Notes: a model not told the origin generated them from the sequence alone. A DNA stretch of 64,000 nt from Clostridia bacterium (GCA_045536565.1 JAZSNU010000013.1:32001-96000); one strand, 5' to 3'. Counted from the stretch's first letter, positions 47,966 through 58,241 are shown. Program-made: numbers and translations.

Positions 47966-49183
47966 TTACTTGTGAATTTGATATGTATCATATGTTCTTT
48001 CAATATCTACTTCAACTTTTATTTTTATATCTAAGCTCCCATATGTTTTATTAAAATTTTCTTTTATCTTTCTATACTTATATGGGTGTGTTACATTTAA
48101 CTTTTCGCCTATACTAAATATATCAAGATTTAACTCCTGACTTTTATTTACGAGTTGTTCAACTTGTTTTTTTACCTTCTTTTCCTGCAGCTCTTTATAC
48201 TTTTTCAAGACCCTTTCATCTGTTATATCTTCTTTTGATAATACTTCTTCAAAATTACTTCTATATTTTAAACTTATAACAACTTGTTTTAAATTATTTT
48301 TATTATCAAAATTAAAAGAATAACTAGTCGTAATATCATTTATTCCAAATGACACTATTTCGCCATTTTCATTTTCTACATCTACATTTCCACCCTTAGA
48401 CTCATTTATTAACATGTTATATATAATAGCCTCTTTATCATCTAAAAAGTCTATCAGTTTATTATCCTTCATTACCGCATAACCGTAAAATTCAAACTGT
48501 TTTGTAAGTTCATCTGACTCTTCTTCACCGCCCTCGGTTTCTGTAATCTTTTCTATATTACTTGTAAATTCTAATGTTGGCACTAAATATATTTCAGAAT
48601 CTGATAGTTTACTAGATAATATTTCAGATATTGTTATATACTTTGCAATTGTTTTTTGCCCACTATTTTTTTCTATATTGTCCAGCATATCACTTAACTT
48701 GTACTCTGAATTTATAACTTGGTTTAAAAACTCTTGTGATGTCATATCTTTTATAATATACACATTACTTGATAGTCTTATTTCTTGATCTTTTGATAAT
48801 ATATCTAGCACTTTATCTATATCATTTTTAGCAGTTTTTTCTCCAATTAAAAAATATTTAACATGTGAACCTGCCATAGTCTTATCAGTATAAAACTGCA
48901 TTGACCTTACAGCCTCATTAAAACTACTTGCTTTATATGTTAATACCTTTTGCTTTTTAGTTTGTGGCTCTTTTTGAGCAGAATCACTTCCGCCTTCTTC
49001 TTTTTCTATTAAAAATGAAAGACTTGCTTTACTATCATTTTCTTCATCTTTTATATAATCTAGTCCTGTAAGTTTTAATACTTCCATATCATCAATCTCA
49101 TTACTTGTAGGAAGAAGTGATTTGCTTGTAAGCGATATAAATATTACAATTATTAGTATTGTTATAACCTTTATTACTTTCAT
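47966..49183 (-). CDS. Spore germination receptor C subunit (GerAC family)
   Basis: EIDDM...GLD, SHVKYFLIGE, G.AVMK.NKL, DIFSIG...HP motifs; no lipobox Cys. Confidence 0.85.
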   Translation of the reverse strand: MKVIKVITILIIVIFISLTSKSLLPTSNEIDDMEVLKLTGLDYIKDEENDSKASLSFLIEKEEGGSDSAQKEPQTKKQKVLTYKASSFNEAVRSMQFYTDKTMAGSHVKYFLIGEKTAKNDIDKVLDILSKDQEIRLSSNVYIIKDMTSQEFLNQVINSEYKLSDMLDNIEKNSGQKTIAKYITISEILSSKLSDSEIYLVPTLEFTSNIEKITETEGGEEESDELTKQFEFYGYAVMKDNKLIDFLDDKEAIIYNMLINESKGGNVDVENENGEIVSFGINDITTSYSFNFDNKNNLKQVVISLKYRSNFEEVLSKEDITDERVLKKYKELQEKKVKKQVEQLVNKSQELNLDIFSIGEKLNVTHPYKYRKIKENFNKTYGSLDIKIKVEVDIERTYDTYQIHK

Positions 49184-49193
49184 ATAATGTCTC

Positions 49194-50690
49194 CTAATTT
49201 TGCTCCTTTTTTGTCATCATCCTTCGGACTATAGTATCTTTTGTTATATTCTTAAATCCGTTTGATGTAAATGGTACTAGATATGGAACACCAAATGATT
49301 CTTTACTTGCTAGATAATATGTAACAAGTATAACTCCTAGTGAAAGTCCATAAAGCCCCATCATTCCCGCAACTATTACAAGAAGAAACCTAATTATTCT
49401 AAATGAATTTGCTAAATCTTGATTAGGAACTAAAAATCCGGTTATTCCTGCTATTGCAACAACTACTACAACCGCCGGAGATGTAAATTTGGCATTTACA
49501 GCAGCTTCTCCAACTATAAGACCACCAACAATGGATATCGTTTGTCCTATTATTTTAGGAAGCCTTGCACCAGCCTCTATAAGCATCTCAAATGCTATAA
49601 GCATAAATATAACTTCGAGTATAGAGGTAAAAGGTACTCCCTCTTTACTCTTAATAATGGATATCGAGAGTTCTGTTGGTATCATTTCCGGATGGAATGT
49701 AGCTATCGCAACATAAAAACCCGGTATAAATATTGTAAAAAATGCTGCTATATACCTTATAACTCGTATAAAAGATGATAATACATAGTTAAACGAATAA
49801 TCTTCAGGTACTTGAAAGAACATATTAAATACAGCAGGTAAGTTATATCCAATAGAAAGTCCATCAACTATTATTCCTATTTCACCTTCTATTAGATTAG
49901 CTGTAAATTTATCTATTCTTTCCGTATATATCATCGATGGAAAGATAGACCTACTTCCTCCTAAAAGCCCTTCTTCAAAACTTGCTGGTGCTATTATACT
50001 ATCTGTATCTATATCCTTTATTCTTTTTATTACATTATCTAGTATTTCTCTATCTGCTGCACCTTCTAAATAAACTACTGCAACCTTAGTATTAGTTTCA
50101 TTTCCTACATCAAATTCTAGTATTTTTAAGTCTTTACTTTTAATCCTTCTTCTAATCATTGATGTGTTATCTCTTAAAGTTTCATTAAAAGATTCCTTTG
50201 AACCCTTAATTATATTTTCGTTAGCCGGCTCTGAAATAGATCTTTTTTCAAATCCTTTAACATCGAATATTGCTACTTTATCCTCAATACCTGGAAATGC
50301 TATACAAGCCGCACCTGATAAAATACTTCCTATTATATCTTCCATCTTTGTTTGTATTTTCATTTCGATATGAGGAATTATTCCATCTTCTATTTTTCTA
50401 AAAATTTCACTAGAACTTATTTTTTTATCATACAGTTCTTTTTCCTGTAACGCTTTATTTTTTAATTCTATTATTGGCTTTATTACATTTTCATCAAGTA
50501 TAAGTGAATTAATAAGTCCATCAATACAGATTATATTTATTTTTTTACTACCATATAGCACTATTTCCCTTATTATTAAATCATCACTATTTGATAACTC
50601 TTCTTTAATAGTCTCAACCGTTATCTTGCCTTCTTTTATTGTTCTTTTTGGTACAATAGGTCCTCTTTTTAATCTCCAATCACTAAGCAT
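49194..50690 (-). CDS. Spore germination receptor A subunit (GerAA family)
   Basis: RSISEP..E..IKGSKESF.E, YTERID, FFQ.PEDY, EAGARLP, IVGGLIVGEAAV.A, SFGVPYL.P. Confidence 0.93.
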   Translation of the reverse strand: MLSDWRLKRGPIVPKRTIKEGKITVETIKEELSNSDDLIIREIVLYGSKKINIICIDGLINSLILDENVIKPIIELKNKALQEKELYDKKISSSEIFRKIEDGIIPHIEMKIQTKMEDIIGSILSGAACIAFPGIEDKVAIFDVKGFEKRSISEPANENIIKGSKESFNETLRDNTSMIRRRIKSKDLKILEFDVGNETNTKVAVVYLEGAADREILDNVIKRIKDIDTDSIIAPASFEEGLLGGSRSIFPSMIYTERIDKFTANLIEGEIGIIVDGLSIGYNLPAVFNMFFQVPEDYSFNYVLSSFIRVIRYIAAFFTIFIPGFYVAIATFHPEMIPTELSISIIKSKEGVPFTSILEVIFMLIAFEMLIEAGARLPKIIGQTISIVGGLIVGEAAVNAKFTSPAVVVVVAIAGITGFLVPNQDLANSFRIIRFLLVIVAGMMGLYGLSLGVILVTYYLASKESFGVPYLVPFTSNGFKNITKDTIVRRMMTKKEQN

Positions 50691-50691
50691 A

Positions 50692-51120
50692 CTAAGTATT
50701 ATCCTCTATCTTTAATATCTGTGTTGTCTTATTCATATTTTTATCAACTAAATTAGATATTTTACTTATTACATCTGGTGCTAAATCAATAATTCTATCT
50801 AATGCTGTATTATTACTATCTAGTGTAAGTAATTTTACTACATCTCCTGTTACAACTAAAAAAGCTGCTGGCGATATATTTACACCTGCTCCACTACCTC
50901 CTCCAAATGGTAATTTCTTATCTTGCATTTCTTTTGTAACATTTTTAGAATTAAATTCACTTCCCCCTGCTGCAAAGCCAAACGACACCTTAGATATTGG
51001 TATTATACTTGTTCCTTCCTGTGTTTCCACTAATTCTCCTACTATTGTATTTACATCAATCATATCTCTTAAAGAACTCATTGCTGTCATCATTAAATTT
51101 TCTATTGGATGTTCTGCCAT
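50692..51120 (-). CDS. gerW: Sporulation/germination protein GerW (YtfJ)
   Basis: MAEHPIENLM.TAM..L.DMIDVNTIVG, IIPISKVSFGFAAGGSEF, PFGGGSGAG. Confidence 0.93.
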   Translation of the reverse strand: MAEHPIENLMMTAMSSLRDMIDVNTIVGELVETQEGTSIIPISKVSFGFAAGGSEFNSKNVTKEMQDKKLPFGGGSGAGVNISPAAFLVVTGDVVKLLTLDSNNTALDRIIDLAPDVISKISNLVDKNMNKTTQILKIEDNT

Positions 51121-51284
51121 ATTTTTTCCACCTTTCTAACAAAAAATACTTTATGTTTTATTTTCTATATAATGTATTATTTGTAATTTTTTACAAGTTA
51201 TACTAAATATTAATATATTACAAATATTAAATTTTAATTTTTATTTTTTAAAAGTTATGGTTTTTATATTTACAATTACATCAA

Positions 51285-51313
51285 TTGACATAACTACGCA
51301 ACAATGGTATAAT
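51285..51313 (+). promoter_or_regulatory. Consensus sigma-A promoter
   Basis: TTGACA-17 bp-TATAAT with TGn extension. Confidence 0.8.
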
Positions 51314-51361
51314 ACTCTTACAATTTATTATTAATATATTAACAAATGGAGGTATAAATTT

Positions 51362-51832
51362 ATGATTAAAGAAACAAATAGAGAAACATTGGCTAATTTA
51401 GATTTTGATTCTCGAAATGAAATTTTTAGAATTACTGAAAAGTTAAGAGGAATTTCTTTTAAAGACAGTCTTACAATTATTAATAACTATTTAAAAGAAA
51501 ATGTTAAAGCACGCCATTTTATAGAGAATGATGAAAAATATTCATCTGCTCGGTCTGCACTTGTAGATAAAGTAGCAAACAGCGAAGGTTTTATTAAGGC
51601 TTTCTTGCTTATTTTAGAAGAAGCTGGATTAATTAATCACAACCAAAGATATGCATCACTTAATTTTTCAGATTTTAATTATCAAGGAAAAACTTATACA
51701 TTCGCTTATCTTATTGCTAATGATAACAAAGAGCTTACTAGTTATACATTTTCACCGTATACCGAAAAACTTTGTAGTAACTGGCTGGTAGACCATGAAA
51801 CATGGTTTAAAACTATGACATATAGTCTCTAA
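51362..51832 (+). CDS. Hypothetical protein (possible degenerate transglutaminase-like fold)
   Basis: GGAGG RBS; SARSAL....ANSEGF.KAF..IL..AG resembles a transglutaminase-like helix lacking the Cys (weak). Confidence 0.6.
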   Translation: MIKETNRETLANLDFDSRNEIFRITEKLRGISFKDSLTIINNYLKENVKARHFIENDEKYSSARSALVDKVANSEGFIKAFLLILEEAGLINHNQRYASLNFSDFNYQGKTYTFAYLIANDNKELTSYTFSPYTEKLCSNWLVDHETWFKTMTYSL

Positions 51833-51841
51833 TAAAACGAT

Positions 51842-51872
51842 AACACAGTGGTAAAATTATTACTACTGTGTT
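51842..51872. terminator. Bidirectional terminator
   Basis: AACACAGTGGTAA...TTACTACTGTGTT. Confidence 0.65.
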
Positions 51873-51877
51873 TATTA

Positions 51878-52714
51878 TTATCCTTTTACTAATTTATTTA
51901 TATTTTCCTTTTCTATTTGTTTTAAACTCTTTTTAGGGGTAGGCATATCTTCTGGCATAGTAGAACCATTTTTAGCAATTACTTCTCTTATATTTTTACC
52001 AATAATATAGTGAGTATTATTTGCCTCATTTTCTGTTTTTATATTATCCCTTTTTAATTTTTGTTCCGTTTGAGATATTCTAAATAGATTCGCTATAAGT
52101 TCATCACTTCCCATATTATCAAGAATATCCTCTCTATATCTTAATCCTTTTCTTTTAGCAATATCATTTGCTGTTTCACCATTATATAACCCTTTGTAAC
52201 CAGAATTATGAAATTTATCAAAATTTTTAACACCGGCTTTTTTAGCAGCCTGATTTAATGAATAGTTTCCTTTTCTTGTTAAGTCTCGTTGATAAAATCT
52301 TTTTTCATCTTCGGTAAGCAAACTATATTCCTTTTCACTTAATTCTTGTTTTCTTGTTTGAACAGCAAAATATGTTTGAGCAAGTGCAATTACTTCCTTT
52401 TTAGGATCACCATTTTGTACAATTAAATAACATGCATATCTAGAAAGTTCATAATCAACAACTTCTTTTTGAGCATTATTAGGCATTTTTATCGTTTTCC
52501 TGACCTCAGGAAAATGTTCAACAAGTTTATTTCCACTATTCTCACATGCAATTTTAGCCTTATTTATTACTTTGCTAAAATTCTCCCACTTTTTATACAC
52601 TAGAACTTTACTCAAATCTCTTGCATACCAATATTCAGTACCATCCTCCCTTACATTTCGTATTTCCTCAAAACTTCTATACTCCTTTACTGCTAATTCA
52701 TTCAATATAATCAA
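51878..52714 (-). CDS. dinD: DNA damage-inducible protein D
   Basis: SFEEIR...EYWYARDL, DYELSRYACYLIVQNGDP.K..IALAQTYFAVQTR.QE, ILDNMGS.EL.ANLFR. Confidence 0.9.
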   Translation of the reverse strand: MIILNELAVKEYRSFEEIRNVREDGTEYWYARDLSKVLVYKKWENFSKVINKAKIACENSGNKLVEHFPEVRKTIKMPNNAQKEVVDYELSRYACYLIVQNGDPKKEVIALAQTYFAVQTRKQELSEKEYSLLTEDEKRFYQRDLTRKGNYSLNQAAKKAGVKNFDKFHNSGYKGLYNGETANDIAKRKGLRYREDILDNMGSDELIANLFRISQTEQKLKRDNIKTENEANNTHYIIGKNIREVIAKNGSTMPEDMPTPKKSLKQIEKENINKLVKG

Positions 52715-52741
52715 CTCCCTTCAAGATGGGAATATTATATC

Positions 52742-52753
52742 AAACATTTGTTC
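52742..52753 (-). promoter_or_regulatory. LexA (SOS) box upstream of dinD
   Basis: GAAC-AAAT-GTTT on the - strand, matching the Firmicute GAAC-N4-GTTY pattern. Confidence 0.6.
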
Positions 52754-52905
52754 TAAAATCAAGTGATTTGTGGAAAATATTTACATTTCATTTGATATAT
52801 ACTTATGGTTGTACAAATTACAATAACGCTGATATATCAACATTTAACCATATTTATTACAATTATGTTACATAATATTTTTACATATTAATATTATTGC
52901 TCTAT

Positions 52906-53616
52906 CTAAGTAATATCAAATTTATTTTGTATATTAATATAACTGTTATTTATATAATTTGTTTCATTATTACTAATATTTTGTTTGTTTTTATATTTCT
53001 TTTTCTTTCTAAATGTATGAACTATGTTTAATATAGTTTTAAATACATCTCTGTTATTAATTAAAGGAAAAGATAATACAGTATAAAGTTTTAAATAATA
53101 TTTATAATCTGAAATAGAAACTTGATAATACAGTTTATTAAGATTAAATCTATCTTGGTTTGCATTTATATACATGCATATTGTAGAGTTTATACTTGCA
53201 TTTATATATGCATTTTTTACATAATCTTCTGTATTAAAACCACCTATTAATATTAACTTATTAAACTTTACTCCTTTTACCCATTTAAATATCTTACTTA
53301 TTAACTCGTTTAATTTTAACTCTTCTTTTGAAACAGATACTTTTAAAACATCTAATATTTCTGTTACAGTCAAATTATCATTATTTCCTTTTTTAATATT
53401 TTTCTTTTTTTTATCATTGTTGTTATACTTATATACTGGTATAAACCCCAGTATTTTTATAACTACTGTGATATCATTATTCTTCTTTGTGTTATCCACA
53501 TAATAAACATTATCACCATTAAGTCTAGTATCTATTACTACTCTTATAGGGATTAAAAAAGCAGTTACAATAACTACTGCTAATATAATTAAAAACCAAA
53601 TCATATTATTCACCAA
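52906..53616 (-). CDS. YtfI / DUF2953-like membrane protein
   Basis: N-terminal TM ending FLIPIRV; IKILGFIPVY; position upstream of gerW. Confidence 0.6.
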   Translation of the reverse strand: MVNNMIWFLIILAVVIVTAFLIPIRVVIDTRLNGDNVYYVDNTKKNNDITVVIKILGFIPVYKYNNNDKKKKNIKKGNNDNLTVTEILDVLKVSVSKEELKLNELISKIFKWVKGVKFNKLILIGGFNTEDYVKNAYINASINSTICMYINANQDRFNLNKLYYQVSISDYKYYLKLYTVLSFPLINNRDVFKTILNIVHTFRKKKKYKNKQNISNNETNYINNSYINIQNKFDIT

Positions 53617-53653
53617 TAGTATTGTTTACTGCTTTTTATATTTTATACAAATA

Positions 53654-54451
53654 TTATTCTTCAATTAAAGATAAGTCGATTGATTTCATATCTTTTTTCT
53701 TAACAACTATATCTCCAAACATTGTTTTTTGCTCTAAGTCTACATGTTTAAGTCTAGACAGTTCTAAAACACTTAAAAATGCTGTGACTATATCTATCTT
53801 TTTATCTTTTTTAGGATCATATACTTTTGTAAATACAAAACTTGTTTTTTTCTTAAACAAATCTATTATCTGTTTTACCTTACTTCTTATAGTAACCTTT
53901 TCATATGTTACAATATTATCAACATCTTTCGCCTTCTTATTAATCTTTTCTTCGTTTCTACTTATTATGTTTTGATATATGTTATAGAAATCATCAAGAG
54001 ACACCCTAAAACCTTCTTTGTCAAACTCTCTTTTTACTTTTATAGTTTCTGCTTGTTTCTCAAAAGAGCCAAAATTTTGTGCATACATCTCTTTGAAGTC
54101 ACCGATTTTTTCTTTATACTGCTTATATTCTATTATTCTATTTATAAGTTCCTCTTCTGTTAAAACTTCATCTTCTTCATCATCTTCTGGCTCTATTACA
54201 GGAAGTAATTTTTTAGATTTAATATATAACAAATTAGATGCCATAACTAGAAATTCAGTAGCTATATCTAAATTCATATCTTGCATATGATTTAAATACT
54301 CAATATATTCATCTGTAATTTTACTTAAAGATATATCAAAGATACTCATTTTATTTTTCGAAATAAGGAAACATAGTAAATCAAGCGGTCCTTCAAAATT
54401 ATCAATGGTAATTTTAAAAGTTTCTTCTTTTTTATCTAGTAAATCATTCAT
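53654..54451 (-). CDS. scpA: Segregation and condensation protein A (kleisin)
   Basis: NFEGPLDLL, EFLVMA..L.YIKSK.LLP, IVTAFLSVLEL; probable ATG at 54451 behind GGAGG. Confidence 0.93.
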   Translation of the reverse strand: MNDLLDKKEETFKITIDNFEGPLDLLCFLISKNKMSIFDISLSKITDEYIEYLNHMQDMNLDIATEFLVMASNLLYIKSKKLLPVIEPEDDEEDEVLTEEELINRIIEYKQYKEKIGDFKEMYAQNFGSFEKQAETIKVKREFDKEGFRVSLDDFYNIYQNIISRNEEKINKKAKDVDNIVTYEKVTIRSKVKQIIDLFKKKTSFVFTKVYDPKKDKKIDIVTAFLSVLELSRLKHVDLEQKTMFGDIVVKKKDMKSIDLSLIEE

Positions 54452-54452
54452 G

Positions 54453-55313
54453 TCACATAACCTCCGTAGCAATTTCTAAAACTTTCCTCATATTTGCTGA
54501 CGCTTTACTTGCATTTTCTACTACACTATTATGAGTATCAATTTCATTTCCCTTTGATACATTTGTTATACAAGAAAATGCTAGCACTTTCATATTTGAG
54601 TGAGCAGCCACAATTATTTCAGGAACAGTTGACATTGCTCTTGCATCAATTCCTAATATTCTCATAGCTTTAACTTCCGCATCAGTTTCATATGATGGTC
54701 CTGTAAAATATGCAAATACACCTTTATGAATAGCAATATTATTTTCAACCGACTTATTATATACTGTATCTATTAAATTAGAATCATATATTCCATTTAT
54801 TGCTGGAAATCTAACTCCGAATTCTTCTAAATTTTCTCCTATAAGAGGATTAATTCCAGTAAAATTAACATGATCTTTCAAAATCATTATATCTCCAACA
54901 TCGTATTCTAAATTAGAAGCACCTGCTGAATTAGTAACAATCATTTTTTTTATCCCTAGGACACTAAATATTCTTTGTGGCATAGTAATTTCTCTTACAT
55001 GATATCCTTCATAATAATGAAATCTACCATCCATAACTACTACATCTTTATTATTAAATGTTCCGAAAACAAATCTTGATTTATGACCTTTTACAGTAGA
55101 AACAGGCATAAAAGGCATATCATTATATGGTATTTCAAAATCAATATTCATATCATCTATTACACTAGAAAGGCCAGAACCAAGAACTATTGCTATTTCG
55201 TATATGTCTGTTTCAATATTATTTTCTTTGGCAATCTTTTTTATATACATCGCATTTTGATTTATCATATTCATATACATATCATTATTCATTAATTCTT
55301 TTACATTTATCAT
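54453..55313 (-). CDS. punA: Purine nucleoside phosphorylase (trimeric, PunA type)
   Basis: VLGSGL, STVKGH, GRFHYYEG, TNSAG, GPSYET, MSTVPE, SCITN. Confidence 0.92.
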   Translation of the reverse strand: MINVKELMNNDMYMNMINQNAMYIKKIAKENNIETDIYEIAIVLGSGLSSVIDDMNIDFEIPYNDMPFMPVSTVKGHKSRFVFGTFNNKDVVVMDGRFHYYEGYHVREITMPQRIFSVLGIKKMIVTNSAGASNLEYDVGDIMILKDHVNFTGINPLIGENLEEFGVRFPAINGIYDSNLIDTVYNKSVENNIAIHKGVFAYFTGPSYETDAEVKAMRILGIDARAMSTVPEIIVAAHSNMKVLAFSCITNVSKGNEIDTHNSVVENASKASANMRKVLEIATEVM

Positions 55314-55732
55314 ATATCTTCTCCTAGATTATTTAAACCAAAACCTCTTCTATATAGATATTCTTTTTTTTTAATATCCTCATAGTCTTTTAATTTTCCA
55401 TTTACAAGTTTATCTATTACATCATATTCGTATGACTGAGGTAAGTTATTTTCAAATTCTAAATCAATTATACTAGTTTTTACACCTTTTTGCAATAGTT
55501 TTTGTTTTAGCTCATATTTACTATACTTTAACATCTTAACATTTTGTCTAATATATGATCTAACATAATCTACATCATCAAGATAATCTAATTCATTTAA
55601 ATACTCTATTACCTTAGATATTGTTAAAGAGTCTACTCCTAGACTCTTTAACTTTTTATTAACTTCAAATTCTGTTTTTTTTGATATACCTATATATTTA
55701 ATTGCTTTTTCCTTAGCAACAATATACTCCAT
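55310..55732 (-). CDS. recX: Regulatory protein RecX
   Basis: A.KYI....KTE.EV..KL, YLDD.DY, L.QKL.QKGV, YLYRRGF; follows recA. Confidence 0.88.
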   Translation of the reverse strand: MEYIVAKEKAIKYIGISKKTEFEVNKKLKSLGVDSLTISKVIEYLNELDYLDDVDYVRSYIRQNVKMLKYSKYELKQKLLQKGVKTSIIDLEFENNLPQSYEYDVIDKLVNGKLKDYEDIKKKEYLYRRGFGLNNLGEDI

Positions 55733-55742
55733 AGCATTTCTC

Positions 55743-56798
55743 CTATTCTTCAATATCTTCTAGTGAATCATCATCTTGTTCTTCCATTTCACCTAAGCTT
55801 TTTTCAAAAGCAAGATTGAAATTATCTCTAACCTTCTTTTCAATTTCCTTCATAACTTCTGGATTATTTTTCAAATAAGTTTTAGCCGCTTCTCTACCTT
55901 GACTAATTTTTTCTCCATTATATGAGAACCAAGCACCCGCTTTATTTACTATATCAAGATTTACTGCTAAATCAAGTACGCATCCTTCTGATGAAATACC
56001 TTCGCCGTATACTATATCAAATTCTGCTTCTCTAAATGGTGGTGCAACTTTGTTTTTAACAACTTTAACTTTTGTTCTTGTACCCATAACTTCGCCATTT
56101 ATTTTTATAGCTTCTTGTTTTCTAACATCTAATCTAACTGATGAATAGAATTTTAAAGCTCTTCCTCCTGGTGTTGTTTCAGGATTTCCAAACATTATTC
56201 CAACTTTTTCTCTCAATTGGTTAATAAATACAGCAACTGTTTTTGATTTAGAAAGTACACCAGTTAATTTTCTTAAAGCCTGTGACATCAATCTTGCTTG
56301 AAGGCCAACATGTGAATCTCCCATTTCACCATCGATTTCTGCTTTTGGAACAAGTGCTGCAACTGAGTCTACAACAATTATATCAATAGCGCCACTTCTT
56401 ACAAGTTGTTCTGTTATTTCAAGCGCTTGCTCACCTGTATCTGGTTGAGAAACTATTAAATTATCTACATCTACACCTAATTTTTTAGCGTATACCGGGT
56501 CTAATGCATGCTCGGCATCAATAAAAGCGGCTACCCCACCTAGTTTTTGTGCTTCTGCAATCATATGTAATGATACTGTTGTTTTTCCTGACGACTCTGG
56601 TCCGAATACTTCAATTACTCTTCCTCTTGGAACTCCACCAATACCTAATGCTATATCCAAACTTAATGCACCAGTAGGAATAGAATCTACATTTACACTT
56701 CCTACCTCTCCTAATTTCATTATTGCACCTTTCCCGAAATTCTTTTGAATTTGTGACATTGCCACATCTAGTGCTTTTTTCTTTTCTTCTGATATCAT
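55743..56798 (-). CDS. recA: Recombinase A
   Basis: [47 protein letters not shown]. Confidence 0.99.
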   Translation of the reverse strand: MISEEKKKALDVAMSQIQKNFGKGAIMKLGEVGSVNVDSIPTGALSLDIALGIGGVPRGRVIEVFGPESSGKTTVSLHMIAEAQKLGGVAAFIDAEHALDPVYAKKLGVDVDNLIVSQPDTGEQALEITEQLVRSGAIDIIVVDSVAALVPKAEIDGEMGDSHVGLQARLMSQALRKLTGVLSKSKTVAVFINQLREKVGIMFGNPETTPGGRALKFYSSVRLDVRKQEAIKINGEVMGTRTKVKVVKNKVAPPFREAEFDIVYGEGISSEGCVLDLAVNLDIVNKAGAWFSYNGEKISQGREAAKTYLKNNPEVMKEIEKKVRDNFNLAFEKSLGEMEEQDDDSLEDIEE

Positions 56799-56845
56799 AT
56801 ATATTCTCCTCCCGTTTCGTTCTTTAAGAACATCTCTTTGAATAT

Positions 56846-56874
56846 ATTATATATATTGAACAGATGTATGTCAA
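56846..56874 (-). promoter_or_regulatory. recA sigma-A promoter with overlapping imperfect LexA box
   Basis: TTGACA-17 bp-TATAAT; GAAC-AGAT-GTAT at 56858-56869 overlaps the spacer. Confidence 0.75.
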
Positions 56875-57175
56875 CACTTTTTTATAATTTTTTTAAATTA
56901 TACCCAAATTATATATTCTGATATTAAAAAAGTCAATTAAAATCGTATTACAAAAAAACACACAAAAATTTAAAGCTACATATATCTACATAAAAATTGT
57001 AGTAATCATCATAGAATTGTCGAATTTTGTAACACGATTTGTTATTTTTCTACCCTAAAAGTTTTTACAATAACACACTCCGCTTTTATAATGTATTTAT
57101 TCTATTTATATATTTTCGAGTGGAGGTGAAATTAATAGATATATAAATAGGTATGAAGAAAGGAAGAGAGTTTAT

Positions 57176-58112
57176 ATGAAAAATAATGAAATAATTATAT
57201 TTGAAAATCAGAATGTTAAATTAGAGGTTAATATGAAGGATGAAACAGTATGGCTTACCCAAGCACAAATGGCTAGTCTTTTTGGAAAGTCAAAATCAAC
57301 AATAAACGAGCATATAAAGAACATTTACAGAGAAAATGAACTCGCAGAAAATGATACCATGTCTAAATTCGGAAATTCCGAATTTTCTGATAAACCTACT
57401 AATTATTATAATTTGGATGTTGTCATATCAGTTGGCTATCGTGTTAAATCACAAAATGGTATTATATTCAGACGTTGGGCAAACAAAATTCTAAAAGATT
57501 ATCTATTAAAAGGGTATGCAATTAACCAAAAAAAGATTAGACTATTTAGAAAAAACTGTACAACTTATTGATATTGCAAATAGAATAGATGATAGATTAG
57601 AAGGAAATGATGCAAAAGAAATACTAAAAGTAATTGCTTCATATTCAAAAGCACTTGATTTATTAGATGATTATGATCACAAAACTCTAAAAAGACCTAA
57701 GAGCAATATTAATTCCAAACTAATAAATTATGAGGATTGCGTAAATATAATTAACACATTAAAGTTTAGTGCAACTGGTAATTTGTTTGGTGTAGAAAGA
57801 GACAAAGGATTAGAATCAATAATTAATAATATATATCAAACTTTCGGTGGCAAAGATATCTATCCGAGTATTGAAGAAAAATCAGCTAACTTTTTATATC
57901 TTATAGTTAAAAACCATGTTTTTGTTGATGGTAATAAAAGAATTGCAGCAACTTTGTTTATTTATTTTTTAAATTTCTATAATATTTTATACAAACAAAA
58001 TAGACAAGTAATTGATAATAATACTTTGACTGCTTTAACATTGCTTATTGCAGAATCTAACCCAAAAGAAAAGAATATAATAATTGACTTAGTAACGAAC
58101 TTTTTATCATAA
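57176..58112 (+). pseudogene. RhuM-Fic/Doc fusion gene, frameshifted
   Basis: RhuM N-domain (ETVWLTQAQMA.LF, YYNLDVVISVGYRV) and Fic motif HVFVDGNKRIA in different frames, split at an A7 run (57528-57534). Confidence 0.85.
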
Positions 58113-58241
58113 CATCTTAATTTAATAATTAACTCTTTCCATGTGAGGCTGGGCGTTAATATAAACAGTGCTGCGGGAAATAGCAATATTTATAAAGGTT
58201 TGAGAGATTTTGATAAACTTCGAAAAATATTAAAAAAGCCA

